A stretch of DNA of 64,000 bases from the NCBI GenBank assembly GCA_964252035.1, contig OZ176210.1, one strand, 5' to 3'. Below, piece after piece: positions 62,704-64,000 of the stretch. The position numbers were made by a program, and so were the translations under genes. The number at the start of each line of letters is the position of its first letter. The stretch's first letter is position 1. Source of the stretch: Podarcis erhardii. Its lineage: Eukaryota. The notes beneath the pieces are model-generated. The model saw nothing but the letters and a program-made list of their open reading frames with translations. It had not been told where the DNA came from and did not search any database.

Positions 62704-62838
62704 GATGACTGCAGAGTTGTCTTGGCCAAACAAGAAATTACAAGGCTTCTAGAAACACTACAAAAACAACAACAACAGTTTACCGAGCTTGCAGACCATA
62801 TACAACTTGATGCTAGCATTCCAGTTACTTTTACAAAG
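62704..62838 (+). CDS. TRIM23: TRIM23 exon 7 (gene continues beyond window; ARF domain not present)
   Basis: DDCRVVLAKQEITRLLETLQKQQQQFTELADHIQLDASIPVTFTK; ttaaag|GAT ... AAG|gtacag; 135 nt. Confidence 0.96.
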
Positions 62839-62912
62839 GTACAGTTTTCTCATGTTTAGGTTGCTTCAAGACTTTGATCATGAATCCAGAGAGAAGCAAG
62901 AACTCTGTCCTC

Positions 62913-62960
62913 TTCCTTCCTTCCTTCCTTCCTTCCTTCCTTCCTTCCTTCCTTCCTTCC
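62913..62960. repeat. (TTCC)12 microsatellite
   Basis: Direct reading. Confidence 0.97.
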
Positions 62961-64000
62961 TTTCTCCCTCTTCTCCTCTGCCACCCTAAGTACAGCAAGA
63001 AACACTCATGGCCAGCTGGCTTTTGAAGCTCCCCAAATTACAAGTAATTTGCAACACTGTGCAATCATGTCTTGGATATATATAATTTTTTTAAAAAAAG
63101 ATAGACCCGAAGACTAGGGTGACTGTGTAGGAATGTTTTTCTTTTGTTTAACATCCTATAAGTCATGGTGGCTGTTGCCCTAATTCAAAGTGTTTTGGTT
63201 AAAATAGTATCTGCTAATAAAATGACTTTGCACCTTTTCAATTGTGCATGTTTTTGTTTAGTCAAACATATTATCCTGTAGATTGTCGGACTAAAATTGT
63301 AACCATTCTGGTCACAAAACTTTTAGTATCCTCAGCAAAAAAAACAACAACTTACCAATGGGATAAATTTATCATTTGGGGTAATATGTAAATGGTCTTC
63401 AGCTCATTTGGGGTAATCATGCAAATGGTCTTCAGCTCACACCGTGTGGCTTGCCCTTCTTTCTTTCACCTCCTGCAGCCCCCAAGCACTGGATGTGCTA
63501 CTTGGGTTATTTTCTTTTGAATATTTTATATTGTTATTTGCAAATCATTTAGATCTTCTTGGTTAAGTGAAATCTAACACATGTTTAAAAAATAAATAAA
63601 AGTGTTGGCTTTCTACTTAGTCTTGGCTCACCCACAGAACGGCATCCTTTAAGGTGAAACTTATGTATCCTAAATGAGACAGAGTGTCAGAAATTCAAAG
63701 CGCTCCATGTGTCCACCCAAATACACCTGCACAAGAATCAATTTCTTCTGACTACTGCCCCTCACACTACAATGGAAACTCCTGACATTGGGTGGTATTC
63801 AGCTAAATTTTACTCAGAGGAAACCCTCTGAAATTACTTAACATCACAAAATAATTTAAGTAGGTCCACTCTGAGGGAAATATAGTTGATGGCCCATCAA
63901 TACATATAAATTCATATACCCCTATGAATCGGAGTACGAGTTTCTTCCATTACAACATTTAATCATCTTTGCAGTTCACAAAACTTAAAACACTCTTAAC

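Overview
Vertebrate genomic DNA, not microbial. The Sauria-SINE, BovB, CR1, Penelope-like and MITE content points to a squamate reptile, probably a lizard (inference). The window holds the conserved gene cluster NLN(-) <> SGTB(+) >< TRAPPC13(-, with SHLD3 nested in intron 1) <> TRIM23(+). SGTB (10 coding exons, 304 aa), TRAPPC13 (13 coding exons including an 18-nt microexon and a NAGNAG acceptor, 416/417 aa) and SHLD3 (single coding exon, 246 aa) are complete. NLN (exons 1-3) and TRIM23 (exons 1-7, ARF domain absent) run off the window ends. Exon boundaries were read by hand from GT/AG sites and checked for phase against human protein sequences recalled from memory; no database search was run. 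Two CpG-island bidirectional promoters are present, plus a 243-nt N gap. Most notable observations: a Penelope-like insertion in NLN intron 1 carrying two inverted minimal hammerhead ribozyme motifs; a uORF-gated bicistronic TRAPPC13/SHLD3 transcript; a reading-frame discordance at NLN exon 1 in which splicing creates an ATG; a 75-bp foldback hairpin; and a MITE carrying a 94-bp copy of nearby intron. I found no evidence of a wholly new multi-gene system.
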